From Laetmonice hystrix (lineage: Eukaryota): a stretch of 64,000 bases of DNA. A program made the position numbers and the translations under genes. The stretch spans positions 37,572,001 to 37,636,000 of the forward strand of contig OZ249438.1 in NCBI GenBank assembly GCA_965235115.1, written 5' to 3'. The notes beneath the pieces were generated by a model. The model was not told the DNA's origin, made no database searches, and worked only from the letters and a program-made list of their open reading frames with translations. Of the stretch, positions 25,462 to 38,600 are shown piece by piece (within the stretch, counting starts at the first letter, position 1; the number at the start of each line of letters is the position of its first letter).

Positions 25462-25573
25462 GTGTGGTGCTGAGCGGTCTCCGAATTCTTGATCTGGCCG
25501 CCCAGGGAGATCCCCGGGTCACCATTGAGGGAGACGTCGTATTAGAGATCGGACCTCTGCGGGCAGCTACTGG
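25462..25573 (+). CDS. NRXN: Neurexin exon, end of LNS6
   Basis: gctgttccag|GTGTG ... ACTGG|gtacgt; 112 nt, phase 1 to 2. (G)VVLSGLRILDLAAQGDPRVTIEGDVVLEIGPLRAAT corresponds to neurexin [28 protein letters not shown]. Confidence 0.92.
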
Positions 25574-25918
25574 GTACGTAACACCAACATCCCCACCCCT
25601 CATACCATGTCTAACACAATACATGTCTAACACTCAATGTGATCGGACCTCTGCGGGCAGCTACTGGGTACGTAACACCAACATCCCCACCCCTCATACC
25701 ATGTCTAACACAATACATGTCTAACACTCAATGTGATCGGACCTCTGCGGGCAGCTACTGGGTACGTAACACCAACATCCCCACCTCTCATACCATGTCT
25801 AACACAATACATGTCTAACACTCAATGTGATCGGACCTCTGCGGGCAGCTACTGGGTACGTAACACCAACATCCCCACCCTGATACCATGTCTAACACAA
25901 TACATGTCTAACACTCAT
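25547..25918. repeat. 94-bp tandem repeat of the 3' end and donor of exon 25462-25573, 4 copies
   Basis: gatcggacctctgcgggcagctactgg|gtacgt at 25547, 25641, 25735 and 25829. Confidence 0.95.
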
Positions 25919-26440
25919 TGTATAAAGTGGTTTAATTTATGTAATGTTGCCGTGGATTTTCCAATTAACCAGAGTCACCCCTCGAGTAAGAACTAAAAGA
26001 AACAGGAAAAGGTTAGAAGAATTCAGGAGAGTATAGGCCTGCAAACGGAAAAACCTGTTGATGGATTCTGGTCCTTCCTAGAGTAATGTCTGTGTTTCGC
26101 AATAGAATCGCTACAAACGTGAAACTTTCCTTTGTTTACATGTTTCTATATACTTTCGTAGTTCTTGGCTTTACCGCTGCAGCGTCTGTTATTAGTTCCA
26201 TTCAAGAAACCAGGTGGCAGCACGGTATTTCATACAGCACCGCATGTTATCGATTACAGCCATCAGAGCTTGACGCGAAAAACCCCTAAGAAGTGAGGCA
26301 CAAGGGCAAAGAGATTCATACCATTGTTTTCAAACTTTTTGAACTTTTTTGCAATGAATTTACCACATAGTCTAAGTACGCTTGTTTGAATACGCAAGGT
26401 CAAATACAAGTTTTTCTGTTTATTTTATTTTTTTTTACAG

Positions 26441-26528
26441 AATGACAATATTTCCTCCTTCGAAGCCTGTGATTGTAACACCAGCGCCAGGAGAAACAAC
26501 TACAACAAGCATGCAAGGAAGCCGAGTG
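26441..26528 (+). CDS. NRXN: Neurexin stalk exon (Ser/Thr/Pro-rich, O-glycosylation region)
   Basis: Long T-tract ttttttttacag|A ATG ... GAGTG|gtaagt; phase 2 in matches the previous exon, phase 0 out. MTIFPPSKPVIVTPAPGETTTTSMQGSRV has the composition expected after LNS6; assigned by phase, splice strength and position rather than by sequence homology. Confidence 0.8.
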
Positions 26529-26586
26529 GTAAGTTACATCTTCCTCGACTCGAATACCCTGTATGAGTGGCGTTCAGTGTGTCAGC

Positions 26587-28272
26587 ATATCAATGATCAC
26601 TGTGAGTTCCCTATGGTGTCAATGGCTCTCAATGTCTCCGGATATCAATGACCCTCGGTAGGTCAGCTATGGTGTCAATGGCTCTCAATGTCTCAGGATA
26701 TCAATGACCCTCGGTAGGTTAGCTATGGTGTCAATGGCTCTCAATGTCTCAGGATATCAATGACCCTCGGTAGGTTAGCTATGGTGTCAATGGCTCTCAA
26801 TGTCTCAGGATAGCAATGACCCTCGGTAGGTCAGCTATGGTGTCAATGGCTCTCAATGTCTCAGGATATCAATGACCCTCGGTAGGTTAGCTATGGTGTC
26901 AATGGCTCTCAATGTCTCAGGATATCGATGACCCTCGGTAGGTTAGCTATGGTGTCAATGGCTCTCAATGTCTCAGGATATCAATGACCCTCGGTAGGTT
27001 AGCTATGGTGTCAATGGCTCTCAATGTCTCAGGATATCAATGACCCTCGGTAGGTTAGCTATGGTGTCAATGGCTCTCAATGTCTCAGGATATCAATGGC
27101 CCTCGGTAGGTTAGCTATGGTGTCAATGGCTCTCAATGTCTCAGGATATCAATGACCCTCGGTAGGTTACCTATGGTGTCAATGGCTCTCAATGTCTCAG
27201 GATATCAATGACTCTGTGAGCTCCCTATGGTGTCAATGGCTCTCAATGTCTCAGGATATCAATGACCCTCGGTAGGTTACCTATGGTGTCAATGGCTCTC
27301 AATGTCTCAGGATATCAATGGCCCTCGGTAGGTTAGCTATAGCCTATGGTGTCAATGGCTCTCAATGTCTCAGGATATCAATGACCCTCGGTAGGTTAGC
27401 TATAGCCTATGGTGTCAATGGCTCTCAATGTCTCAGGATATCAATGACCCTCGGTAGGTTACCTATGGTGTCAATGGCTCTCAATGTCTCAGGATATCGA
27501 TGACCCTCGGTAGGTTAGCTATGGTGTCAATGGCTCTCAATGTGTCAGGATATCAATGACCCTCGGTAGGTTAGCTATAGCCTATGGTGTCAATGGCTCT
27601 CAATGACTCAGGGTATCGATGACCCTCGGTAGGTTAGCTATGGTGTCAATGGCTCTCAATGTCTCAGGATATCAATGACCCTCGGTAGGTTAGCTATGGT
27701 GTCAATGGCTCTCAATGTCTCAGGATATCAATGACCCTCGGTAAGTTAGCTATGGTGTCAATGGCTCTCAATGTCTCAGGATATCAATGACCCTCGGTAG
27801 GTTAGCTATGGTGTCAATGGCTCTCAATGTCTCAGGATATCAATGACCCTCGGAAGGTTACCTATGGTGTCAATGGCTCTCAATGTCTCAGGATATCAAT
27901 GACCCTCGGTAGGTTAGCTATGGTGTCAATGGCTCTCAATGTCTCAGGATATCAATGACCCTCGGAAGGTTACCTATGGTGTCAATGGCTCTCAATGTCT
28001 CAGGATATCAATGACCCTCGGTAAGTTAGCTATGGTGTCAATGGCTCTCAATGTCTCAGGATACCAATGACCCTCGGTAGGTTAGCTATGGTGTCAATGG
28101 CTCTCAATGTCTCAGGATATCAATGACCCTCGGTAGGTTAGCTATGGTGTCAATGGCTCTCAATGTCTCAGGATATCAATGACCCTCGGTAGGTTAGCTA
28201 TGGTGTCAATGGCTCTCAATGTCTCAGGATATCAATGACCCTCGGTAGGTTACCTGTGGTGTCAATGGCTCC
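26587..28272. repeat. Minisatellite, 56-bp unit, about 30 copies
   Basis: Unit ctatggtgtcaatggctctcaatgtctcaggatatcaatgaccctcggtaggttag. Confidence 0.97.
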
Positions 28273-30109
28273 GAATGTTTAAATCTTTTGATTGATCGCG
28301 GATGGAGGAGTGATTTGTGGCAAAGAAATGCCTATCAAAGAAAGTTTTCCGGCCTTTTGTGTCAGCCATGGGCAAAAGCGTGCATGTTGGTTCGCATAGA
28401 TGTCGTGCGTGCGGGTATGAGGGTTAGAATGATGTTAGAATGATGTTAGAATGATGTTAGAATGATGACAGAAATCTATTACTCTCTTTATTGGTGGTTC
28501 GCTGAGCGACATTGCACAGATCATAAAACCTGCTACAAATCCTTCTTTTCAGATACTACTTGTAAACGCAGATAGGCTACATAAGTAGTATAGGGAAATG
28601 CGGATTATTTTCAGGCACGTTCAACCTCTCGGCATGATGACTTTCAGACTTGGGCATGATCGAAGTCGACATTGAGGCATTTATTCGCTGGGAATATTCT
28701 GATGATTGTCTGTAATATGAGGCGTAAAGCAATACAACCTTTAAAGGATACCGTTTGAGGTGGCACGTGACTTAATCTGCCCTGTTAGTCCTCCTGTTGA
28801 GCCCTAGACCACGGAATACTGTCTGGTCGTCGACGACTTGCTCCCATTTTTTTGAAGGTCATTTTGTTTGATGCTGTTCCAGAGGTTTAATTAAGTGTTT
28901 CATGTGTTTGCTGCCAGATGGCAGCACTGTATTGTCAGCCTTCCACTTCATTATGCTAAAGGTCCGACAGGCTGCTGCCCGTTTGCACACACATAGAGAA
29001 GTGTGCGGTGAGGGGTCCCCCATTTATAGCATTGATGTTGAACGTTCAGACTGTAACATCCATCTCGCAGTCCAGTGGATGTGTCGCACGGCCAGAAGTA
29101 GCTGGCATTGTGTGCTCACGGTTGGGTAGGTTCCAGAGAAGGTTGTTGTTGGCTGAGTCTATAGATAATGATGACGCTGTCGCCCAGGACCTGCTGGTTG
29201 ATTTCACAGTTGGCTGGGCAGGCAGCAGGGCTGGCGCTAGCTGTAGTAGACAGTGTTGCAATCCTGAGAGACGAGCGGCGGTTGGTGCAGTATTACAACC
29301 CCCGATATATACATGACCCTGACCAAAGTCCCTCCATTACCACTACCTTCAGTCCCCGATCAGATTACCTCCCTGCGTTATGAAAGAGAGTCTGTTGTGA
29401 AGGTCATCGGTAATGGCTGCTGCCCAGCTGCTAGAGTCGCAATAACAGAAATGTCTTATTGCTTGTGGCAGTTGAAGAATGTGTGCAATGATATATACCG
29501 GAATAACGGTAGCCATCGGCATCCTTTACACAAGGTTGGGTCTTAACTCCACAAAACACTGTGCCTAACCATTCAACCACCATCCACGCTAAGCCTCCAG
29601 TATTTAATAAATTATTCCATCAGCGGGAGCACAAGCATGCAACATTGAACTCTATTCATCAGGTAGAATTTACATTTATATATAATAACAGATTCAATCT
29701 ACTGTACAGATTGGATGCAGAAAGTCTGTTTACAAAGCCGTCAGCCAGAGTCTACAGTTGGAACGGATCGTAGTATAAGGGTGAGGAGGCGAGGATGCTG
29801 AGAGACCAGGGAATGATGTCTCCATGCGAATATCTGCATCCAGGTTAATAAAGCGTCAAGTGCATGTTTTAAACATGAGTCAACAGAACAGTGGACGACA
29901 AAACGATAAAACAATGTGATATTATGGGACCATTTTATCTCTGGTTGTCCCAAGCAACATGGCGTGCCTACCGCGGGAGATGGGTCAGAGTGTACAGAGG
30001 AATCCATTATACAATATATTACACCCGTTACAGTGCACCCTCTATAATGTGACGCGTTGTCAAAATCGTCGAGTGCTGCCATTTGATTAGAAATCCGATC
30101 CAAGTCATA

Positions 30110-31014
30110 CCGTATTGACGCACTTTTAGGCGCGTGCGCCTTTTAGCAGATTTTTGCGTTTTTTTAGGAAATTTCAAAATCAAAAATCGTCAGATATAGG
30201 CGCATGTGCCTATATCCGGGTATAAGCGCACCCCCAATATTCACATAGGCGCACCCCATTATTCACATATCTAGGCGCACATGCACACCCCTAATGGTAG
30301 AGTGCAATACTGCCACCGACAGTCCTTCGAGTGAAAAACATGGGCCCAGGCTACGTCCATTTATGTCCTCAGGCCTACGGTAACACAACTGCACAGTATA
30401 ATCACGAACGTGGGTGCGCCTATATCTGAATAATAGCGAGCGCAGCGAGCCGCGCAGCGGCTCGCGAAGCGAGCTCTATGACAACACGTGTGAAACGGTA
30501 GCCAAGGTGACACATACCGTCTCACAAAAAAATTTCGTCACGTAAAACCGGAACCGGAAAAACCATGGAGCAAATCCATGGAGAAATCCATGGAGGGTCA
30601 TGTGACCTTTGCAGAGGGTGTCTGATTTGTGACGTCACAGTGAACAAACGGTCTCGTGAGTGTTTGTTCACTGTGACGCCACAATATCTCGACGTCCGTG
30701 CTGCTAAGTGACCAGTTCTGACATTGTTGTAGGCCTCCCGTCCGACCCGTCGCTGCGCTCGCCTTCTAGGTAGCACCTACATCATATTAGATTTAACGCG
30801 GGAAGTTAGAAACTGTCTCACATACAGGCGCATGCACCCACATGCGCCTGTATGTGAATATTGGCGCACCCACGCAGGTGGTGCGCCTATATTTAAATAT
30901 TGGTTTTCACAATGGAAGTTAGAAAGTGCCCCGGATATAGGCGCATGCGCCTGTATCCGAGTATAGGCGCATGCTCACTTATAGGCGCATGCGCCCAAAA
31001 GTGCGTCAATACGG
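30110..31014. mobile_element. Non-autonomous Tc1/mariner-pogo-type element (905 bp) with TA TSD
   Basis: TA|ccgtattgacgcacttttaggcgcgtgcgcc ... ggcgcatgcgcccaaaagtgcgtcaatacgg|TA: 31-bp TIR with 2 mismatches; internal ataggcgcatgcgcc sub-repeats; no transposase ORF. Confidence 0.85.
30430..30770. mobile_element. Possible nested Helentron-associated (HINE-like) element
   Basis: 13-bp sub-terminal inverted repeat gcgagcgcagcga (30436-30448) / tcgctgcgctcgc (30750-30762); adjacent GC hairpin gagccgc-gca-gcggctc; internal 21-bp hairpin 30629-30682. Confidence 0.4.
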
Positions 31015-32321
31015 TATTTATTTCCAGGTCCTGCTTGTTTGCAATATATCTGAGGTCCGCGAAAATACACTTTTATTATTAGAAGATGAGGACACGAAGT
31101 AATAAAATTTGGATTTGACTGTTCATCGATACGGCCTGTTATTTATTGATTATTGATTATTAGGTTTAGGCAATCTAAATAATATTAGGTTTAACCGCTG
31201 ACGTCATTTCCGGTACGCTGCATGCTGAGGGTTGCGCTGCAGTGGTATGACTTGTTTGGCGGTGATTGGCTGTAATTAATAGTGGAAAATAAAGGCTGGC
31301 TGACAGAGATGGATTAGAGGACGTCAAGCACAGACTCGTGTGAGAGCATCTCCCTCAATGTTGGCGTTATCTACGACTGGTCAAATACACAAACTGAAGT
31401 GGAGACAGCAGAGAGTTGAGTCAGCCTGTATGTGGCGGCAAGGCGGACTTCTCTCCCCAACATCGTCACGTTAGACGGCCATCAAGGGCCGCTCTCAACC
31501 CGGCCCAGCCGCGCTGACGATATGACTCCCCCACCCGCCAGGCATTTATTGATTCCAGTCATTGTAGAATATAATCAACCCCCCCCCCCCTTCCCGTCGC
31601 CCTTCCCACCCAGCCCGCACACCACACCCAGCCCTCACATCGCCTTGTCGTTCATTACGGGGAGCTGCAGGCCTGAAGAAGGTCATAAACTGACCTTCAA
31701 TCAATAACAACACTCCAGAGACTAATTCTTCTAATTGTCATCGCTCCATCATATTATGAATTTAGGTGTTGGACCTTTCTTCAGGATGGTCTCATTGTCT
31801 GAGACAGATCTTTAAAGAAAGAACGGGAGGTGGGGGAAACGAGAGAAAAAAAAACACTGGCCATCAATAAAGGCATGTGCTGAGCGTAAGTCATAAGTTA
31901 GCCAAGCTAACAGTATAAAAGAGTATAAAAACAAGTCAGAGAGAAGAATGAGGGTGGGATATTGATCCCGGAAAGGATAGATCAGGATGGTGATCGATTG
32001 GTTGTCGTTCACTTCTTTCAACACATTGATATTGAAGTGACATTTTGATAGTCGATGTTACCAGCTAGAAGTTTGACATCCGTGGATGAATGAGACACTG
32101 CTCTGAAGGAATCTGATGGCTCTTGGCACCTCGGCTCTTTAATCGGACACTATAAAGTCCAGAGCAGGTCCTATGAAGCCATTGGTTGATGTCCAATGTC
32201 CGGTTACTGTCGGGAATCAAATCGCTGTATCGACTGTGCCGACTGACCATTTACTGTGTGGTTTGTCTGTCAGTAAACGTAGACCAACTATCTCTTGATA
32301 GCGTCTCCAATAGATCTTGGC

Positions 32322-32853
32322 TGGAGCAGTGTCTCCAATAGATCTTGGCTGGATCAATATGTCAATTTGATAGGGTATAACGTTACAGTGGGTCTTGGCT
32401 GGATCAGTGTGACAATTTGATAGGGTCTCCAGTGTGTCTTGGCTGGATCAGTGTGTCAATTTGATAGGGTCTCCAGTGTGTCTTGGCTGAATCAGTGTGA
32501 TTTGATAGGGTATCCAGTAGGTCCTGGCTGGATCAGTGTGACAATTTGATAGGGTATCCAGTGTGTCTTGGCTGGATCATTGTGTCAATTTGATAGGGTC
32601 TCCAGTGTGTCTTGGCTGGATCAGTGTGATTTGATAGGGTCACCAGTGTGTCTTGGCTGGATCAGTGTGTCAATTTGATAGGGTATCCAGTGGGTCTTGG
32701 CTGGATCAGTGTGACAATTTGATAGGGTATCCAGTGGGTCTTGGCTGGATCAGTGTGACAATTTGATAGGGTATCCAGTGTGTCTTGGCTGGATCAGTGT
32801 GTCAATTTGATAGGGTATCCAGTGGGTCTTGGCTGGATCAGTGTGACAATTTG
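32322..32853. repeat. Minisatellite, about 44-bp unit, about 12 copies
   Basis: Unit tcttggctggatcagtgtgacaatttgatagggtatccagtggg. Confidence 0.95.
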
Positions 32854-33484
32854 GTAGGCGGATCAACAGAAGAGAGTTTCCCCGCTTGCTCGGACCATTT
32901 CATTTCGGTTTCTCTCACCACTGACGGGCCGGGTTGGTATCTTAGCCTGCGGTTCCCACGCTCAGCATGTCTGGTCGGGCAGTAGATGCCTTCAGTCTCC
33001 TTCTGTCTAATCCACTTATCCCGTTACTTGCGCAGATTAGATAGAAAACACCGAGTAGTTGCTGAGCTACTTGAAGACGTGGCGCATGACTAGCCTGATA
33101 AAACATCTACAGTTACCCTTAGTCTCCCCGCAACACCTGACCTCGAGCAGCTAGCTGCCCGCCACAGTTTGGCTTCAGATGAAACGACCCTGTCATAACA
33201 GGTTTAGTAAACAGGCACTGTTTTACTGAGACTGCTTCTGTCGGCACTCCCCCAGAATACGACTTCAAACAATACGGCGCTGTTGTAACTAGCTTTTAGT
33301 ATGGTGAGGAAGAGGTTGTTGAGGTCAGGAGCTTTGTTTCTAGATAAATACTGAAAGCATTCTGATGTCTTTCATGTTGTTGGTTATTTGAAGGGGGCGT
33401 TCCCGCCCCTCCCTTGTCCTCGTACCGCTCAGGTAAAACTCTGTGAAAGTTGGTGAACAGGTGTAAGTCTCTGCGGAGAGTAAG

Positions 33485-34108
33485 TCGGACATACCTGTCT
33501 CCTCGAATGTAGGTCCGATAAACTTGTATCCCGAAATGTAGGTCCGACAGTCCTGTATCCCCGAATGTAGGTCCGACAGTCCTGTATCCCCGAATGTAGG
33601 TCCGACAGTCCTGTATTCCCGAATGTAGGTCCGACAGTCCTGTATCCCCGAAAGTAGGTCCGACAGTCCTGTATCCCCGAATGGAAAGTAGGTCCGACAG
33701 TCCTGTATCCCCGAAAGTAGGTCCAACAGTCCTGTATCCCCGAAAGTAGGTCCGACAGTCCTGTATCCCCGAATCTAGGTCCGACAGTCCTGTATCCCCG
33801 AAAGTAGGTCCGACAGTCCTGTATCCCCGAAAGTAGGTCCGACAGTCCTGTATCCCCGAAAGTAGGTCCGACAGTCCTGTATCCCCGAATCTAGGTCCGA
33901 CAGTCCTGTATCCCCGAATCTAGGTCTGACAGTCCCGTATCTCCGAAAGTAGGGCCGACAGTCCTGTATCCCCGAATCTAGGTCCGACAGTCCTGTATCC
34001 CCGAAAGTAGGGCCGACAGTCCTGTATCCCCGAAAGTAGGTCCGACAGTCCTGTATCCCCGAACGTAGGTCCGAGAGTCCTGTATCCCCGAATGTAGATC
34101 CGACAGAC
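33485..34108. repeat. Minisatellite, 29-bp unit, about 21 copies
   Basis: Unit ccgacagtcctgtatccccgaa(t/a)gtaggt. Confidence 0.95.
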
Positions 34109-34507
34109 CTTTATCGCCAGGAATGGTCCTTAAAACCATTATCGTATCTAGATGTCTATCAGACCTGCCTCCCGCCAGACTTATGTTCCTCCTACACCTC
34201 TGTGTATTGTAAGACCACAGAACCAGAGTGTGCCGCTCGGGTCAGGAGATCATGACGAATCATGTTGACCCTGATAATCAAGTGTCTCACTGTATCTGGA
34301 TGATCTTTGTCAGGCCGTGGTGGGGAACAGTTCAATACCTGCCCGTCTATAGCGTAATCCGAGTACACAACACTGGATTCACAATATTTCCCAAGGATAT
34401 CAGTGAGGAACAGGTAACGCTCCAGTAACCATTATCCTACTCCAGGGTGAGAAGGCACTGGAGGATGGTTGTAGGAAAACGTGAACCAGGTCCCAGGGTA
34501 ACTCTCT

Positions 34508-35690
34508 ACCTGTTATATGGGAGACCTGGGATGTTTCGTGGGCAGGTACAGGTTATAATTGTTATATGGGAGACCTTGGATGTTTCGTGGGCAGGTACAG
34601 GTTATAATTGTTATATGGGAGACTTGGGATGTTTCGTGGGCAGGTACAGGTTATAATTGTTATATGGGAGACCTAGGATGTTTCGTGAGTAGGTCCAGGT
34701 TATAATTGTTATATGGGAGACTTGGGATGTTTCGTGGGTAGGTACAGGTTATAATTGTTATATGGGAGACCTGGGATGTTTCGTGGGCAGGTACAGGTTA
34801 TAATTGTTATATGGGAGACCTGGGATGTTTCGTGGGCAGGTACAGGTTATAATTGTTAGACCTTGGATGTTTCGTGGGCAGGTACAGGTGATAATTGTTA
34901 TATGGGAGACCTTGGGATGTTTCGTGGGCAGGTACAGGTTATAATTGTTATATGGGAGACCTGGAATGTTTCGTGGGCAGGTACAGGTTATAATTGTTAT
35001 ATGGGAGACCTAGGATGTTTCGTGGGCAGGTACAGGTTATAATTGTTATATGGGGGACCTTGGATGTTTCGTGGGCAGGTAAAGGTTATAATTGTTATAT
35101 GGGAGACCTAGGATGTTTCGTGGGCAGGTACAGGTTATAATTGTTATATGGGAGACCTTGGATGTTTCGTGGGCAGGTACAGGTGATAATTGTTATATGG
35201 GAGACCTTGGATGTTTCGTGGGCAGGTACAGGTTATAATTGTTATATGGGAGACCTAGGATGTTTCGTGGGCAGGTACAGGTGATAATTGTTATATGGGA
35301 GACCTTGGATGTTTCGTGGGCAGGTACAGGTTATAATTGTTAGATGGGAGACCCTAGATCGTTCGTGGGCAGGTACAGGTTATAATTGTTATATGGGAGA
35401 CCTAGGATGTTTCGTGAGTAGGTCCAGGTTATAATTGTTATATGGGAGACCTGGGATGTTTCGTGGGCAGGTACAGGTTATAATTGTTAGGCCTATATGG
35501 GAGACTGGGATGTTTCGTGGGCAGGTACAGGTTATAATTGTTATATGGGAGACCTGGGATGTTTCGTGGGCAGGTACAGGTTATAATTGTTAGGCCTATA
35601 TGGGAGACTGGGATGTTTCGTGGGCAGGTACAGGTTATAATTGTTATATGGGAGACCTTGGATGTTTCGTGGGCAGGTACAGGTTATAAT
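34508..35690. repeat. Minisatellite, about 50-bp unit, about 23 copies
   Basis: Unit gggagacctgggatgtttcgtgggcaggtacaggttataattgttatat. Confidence 0.96.
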
Positions 35691-38600
35691 ACACATGTCT
35701 TTTAACCTCGGGGTGGATTTTACGAGGTGTAGCTCAGCAAGAGGGACAAGGGGCTAAGCCGGCACAGGGCCACGGGCCACCCTCGCTGCCTGTCGAATAC
35801 TTGATGTCTCCAAGATTAATAACCGTAATAAATGGTAGGTCAGAATGCTGGACCCGCCATTACGTTGTCATTGTTTATTCCAGACGAAGTTAATCCGGAT
35901 TAGTAATTTGTACACAGCCTGGAGCCTTGATGGAATCCGTGGTAGATGAGCCAGGCAAGGGCCCATCTCCCTTGATAACTATGTGTCAGTGTACATTAGC
36001 CATCAGTGGTCGGTTAACGTACGGCCATGGAGTGTGGCAAGCGGCCTTAAATCTCGTCCATGGTGGTTTTTGTTGACATGTAGGACGTTTTAACCAGTAT
36101 CAATGATGACCGGAGAGACCCGCACAGCCTGGCCCGTTCCTGAGGCGGCCTCGCGGAGCGCCCCCTGGCGAGGGGCTGAGACGACCAATCAAAACGGCCG
36201 TTACAGACCACGGGAAGAACCTCGTCATCACGAGGGTGCCCGGATGGTCTGAGCTAGGCTGAGAGGTTACGACCTGTCACTAGTCGTCAAGGAGACTGGG
36301 TAAACGGGTCTGTGATCAACAGCCGCCCTCTGAATGGGGAGATATCTCACGGGTGGATGTCATCAAGGTGACAGGATAGGGCTTGCTAATGTGGGATTTT
36401 ATACAAGGTCAAGTTTTAGGAAGACGTATGGTGATGGGGCGTAGGGACCGAATCCTTCCCGAGTGAAGAGTGAAAACGTTTACCCCGGTTCTTAATGACA
36501 TGTCCGGTCAGTGGCAGATCGGGGAGGGGGGGGTGTAGTGTGTTTTTAACCGCCCCCCCCCCAGGCAGCCAAATTTTCTTTTATCTCCATTGAACTTTCT
36601 GAATTGACCATGCTAACCACCCCCCCCCCCCCAAACAAATTCTCCCCCTTAAAGCCCCCCTTACCAAAATGCTGGCCCCGCCCCTGGGGGGAAGGGGTGG
36701 AGTGGAGATTGGGGTAGGAATAGAGTGGGGATTCGGGTAGCGGGTAGATATGGAGTGGGGATTCGAGTAGAGATGGAGTGGGGATTGGGGGACCGAGAGG
36801 CCCTCACAACGAACTCCCAAACGTTGCCTCCAGGCCCACGTAGCCATGTGTACTCCAGGGCCCGGTTTTTAGTTCATTATACCAATCTTGAGACTGGAAT
36901 TTCAAGACTGACTTGTGTTATGGTTTCGCATTGGCTGACTTCAGTTGAAGGACCAATCAAGAGGTCAGAAACAGGATGTCTGTCTTAAAATTTGAATGTT
37001 AACACTCGGTTTGCAAACTGAAAACCAGGGCCAGATGTAGACACAGGCCTACTCGAGACACTGTTGATAGGGAGTCCCTAGACAAGACAATCTATGTCCC
37101 CAGCTCGGCCTGGACAGGTCATTTATAGCGGGATAAATAAAAGCTCCATCTTGTGTTGATCAGACCATGGCCCCGGGAGGTAGAGAGGGGGAGGCAGTCT
37201 CCAGTTTCTCTCCAGTCCCCTCCGCCGTAAACAACAACATTGTCATGTGTTTGTCCTGGAGACGCCAGCTATCCTCCACGGCATCTAGAGGTCGCTGTTC
37301 TCAGGACCCTCGCAACCCCCCACCCCCACCCCAACTATTCTTATGTTTTCCTTGTCCACTGTATTGATAGTGTGTTGAGACCACAGATGGTTCGTTTGCC
37401 CTCGGGGCCATCCATTTCATCTCTGGCCATCAGTATTTTACGAGTCTTACAACAGCCCCCAGTACGCAGCGATCAGCTATGTGATGTTTTCGTCCTAAGT
37501 AATCCTCTGTGCCACGGACATGTAATATAAGGCATGTTGATCCGGCGTTAAGAGAAGCAGAAGTGATCAGCATGTCTGAGGGCCGAACGATAGCCAGACA
37601 ACGATTGACCACTGCTGCTGTTTGAGATGAAGATTTCGGAAGGGGACGGGGGTCTGACCAAACCGACGGGGGTCTGACCAAACCGACCGGACCGGTTGAG
37701 TTACCCTGGCGGCCGTGTCTGACCGCCTCGTTTTGAAAGTCCCTGATAATGGCTGACGTCAGCATGATGGCGTTTATATTTATCGATGTAGTTTACATTA
37801 ATCCATCAAGGATAAAACAAATGCCTCCACTGCTGTAGCGTGCAGAGCCCAGAGTGGAACCATTCGTATACAAGGCACCAGTACTTGTCAGATTATCGCC
37901 AATTATTGCCCGTATGCTCAGCTTTTAGCTCATCTGAACGAATCATCAGTGGGGGACAAGAATAGGAGGAACTCTTTCATTCACATGCTCATCACGGAAC
38001 CCTACCCAAAGTAATCTTCTAAAAAACAACACTCCAATAGTTGCCTTGATATTCAGACCGGCTGATTGTATTTTTTGTGAAGTACTGGTTTGCATGCTGC
38101 CACTACAGGTTCCAATTTAGAACGAGAAGAACTACTCTCCAAGACAGAAATTCAATAGAATGGCGGGTAGTGATTTGCCTAAATACACGTCGCCATCTTT
38201 AGTCCCATGTCCCTAGTGGTTTGGGCAAGGCCGGCCCTTTCGCTGTCATCACTTAGTAGTAAGAGCTGACAAAGCTGAAACCATTGTTGCCTGGTAAAGC
38301 TTCCTGTAGGCTAGCACTTTCAATAAGTCGTGATAATCCGTGCCCGTAGATTGGTATATCGACTGAGATGTGGGCGGCGGAGGCCGGAGTTGAGTTCTGT
38401 GTGACCGCACGGCGGGTCTGACGTCAACCTTTACAGGTCTTAGAGTGCCGAACGGGGTCCAGAGGCAGTGGACCGGACATGGCTGTTCAACCCCCTCTCC
38501 ACACCCGCCGCCAAATATCTCCACAGCCACCTTGAGACTTTGACCTGCCTCCTTCTCTCCCAGAAATTGAATTGGTCAGGAATCAGAGGCCGCGCTTTCT

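Noticed and set aside
28918-29007. 90-nt AG...GT segment
   Set aside because: Stop in phase 0, which is the phase left by exon 26441-26528; the open frame needs phase 1 and has no neurexin similarity.
34221-34268. NQSVPLGSGDHDESC* resembling a heparan-sulfate/Cys-loop stalk motif
   Set aside because: Poor polypyrimidine tract, only one Cys, stop immediately after; likely chance.
36509-36686. Second CAGTGGC-type MITE
   Set aside because: Ends are only partly complementary and there is no TSD; too degraded to call.
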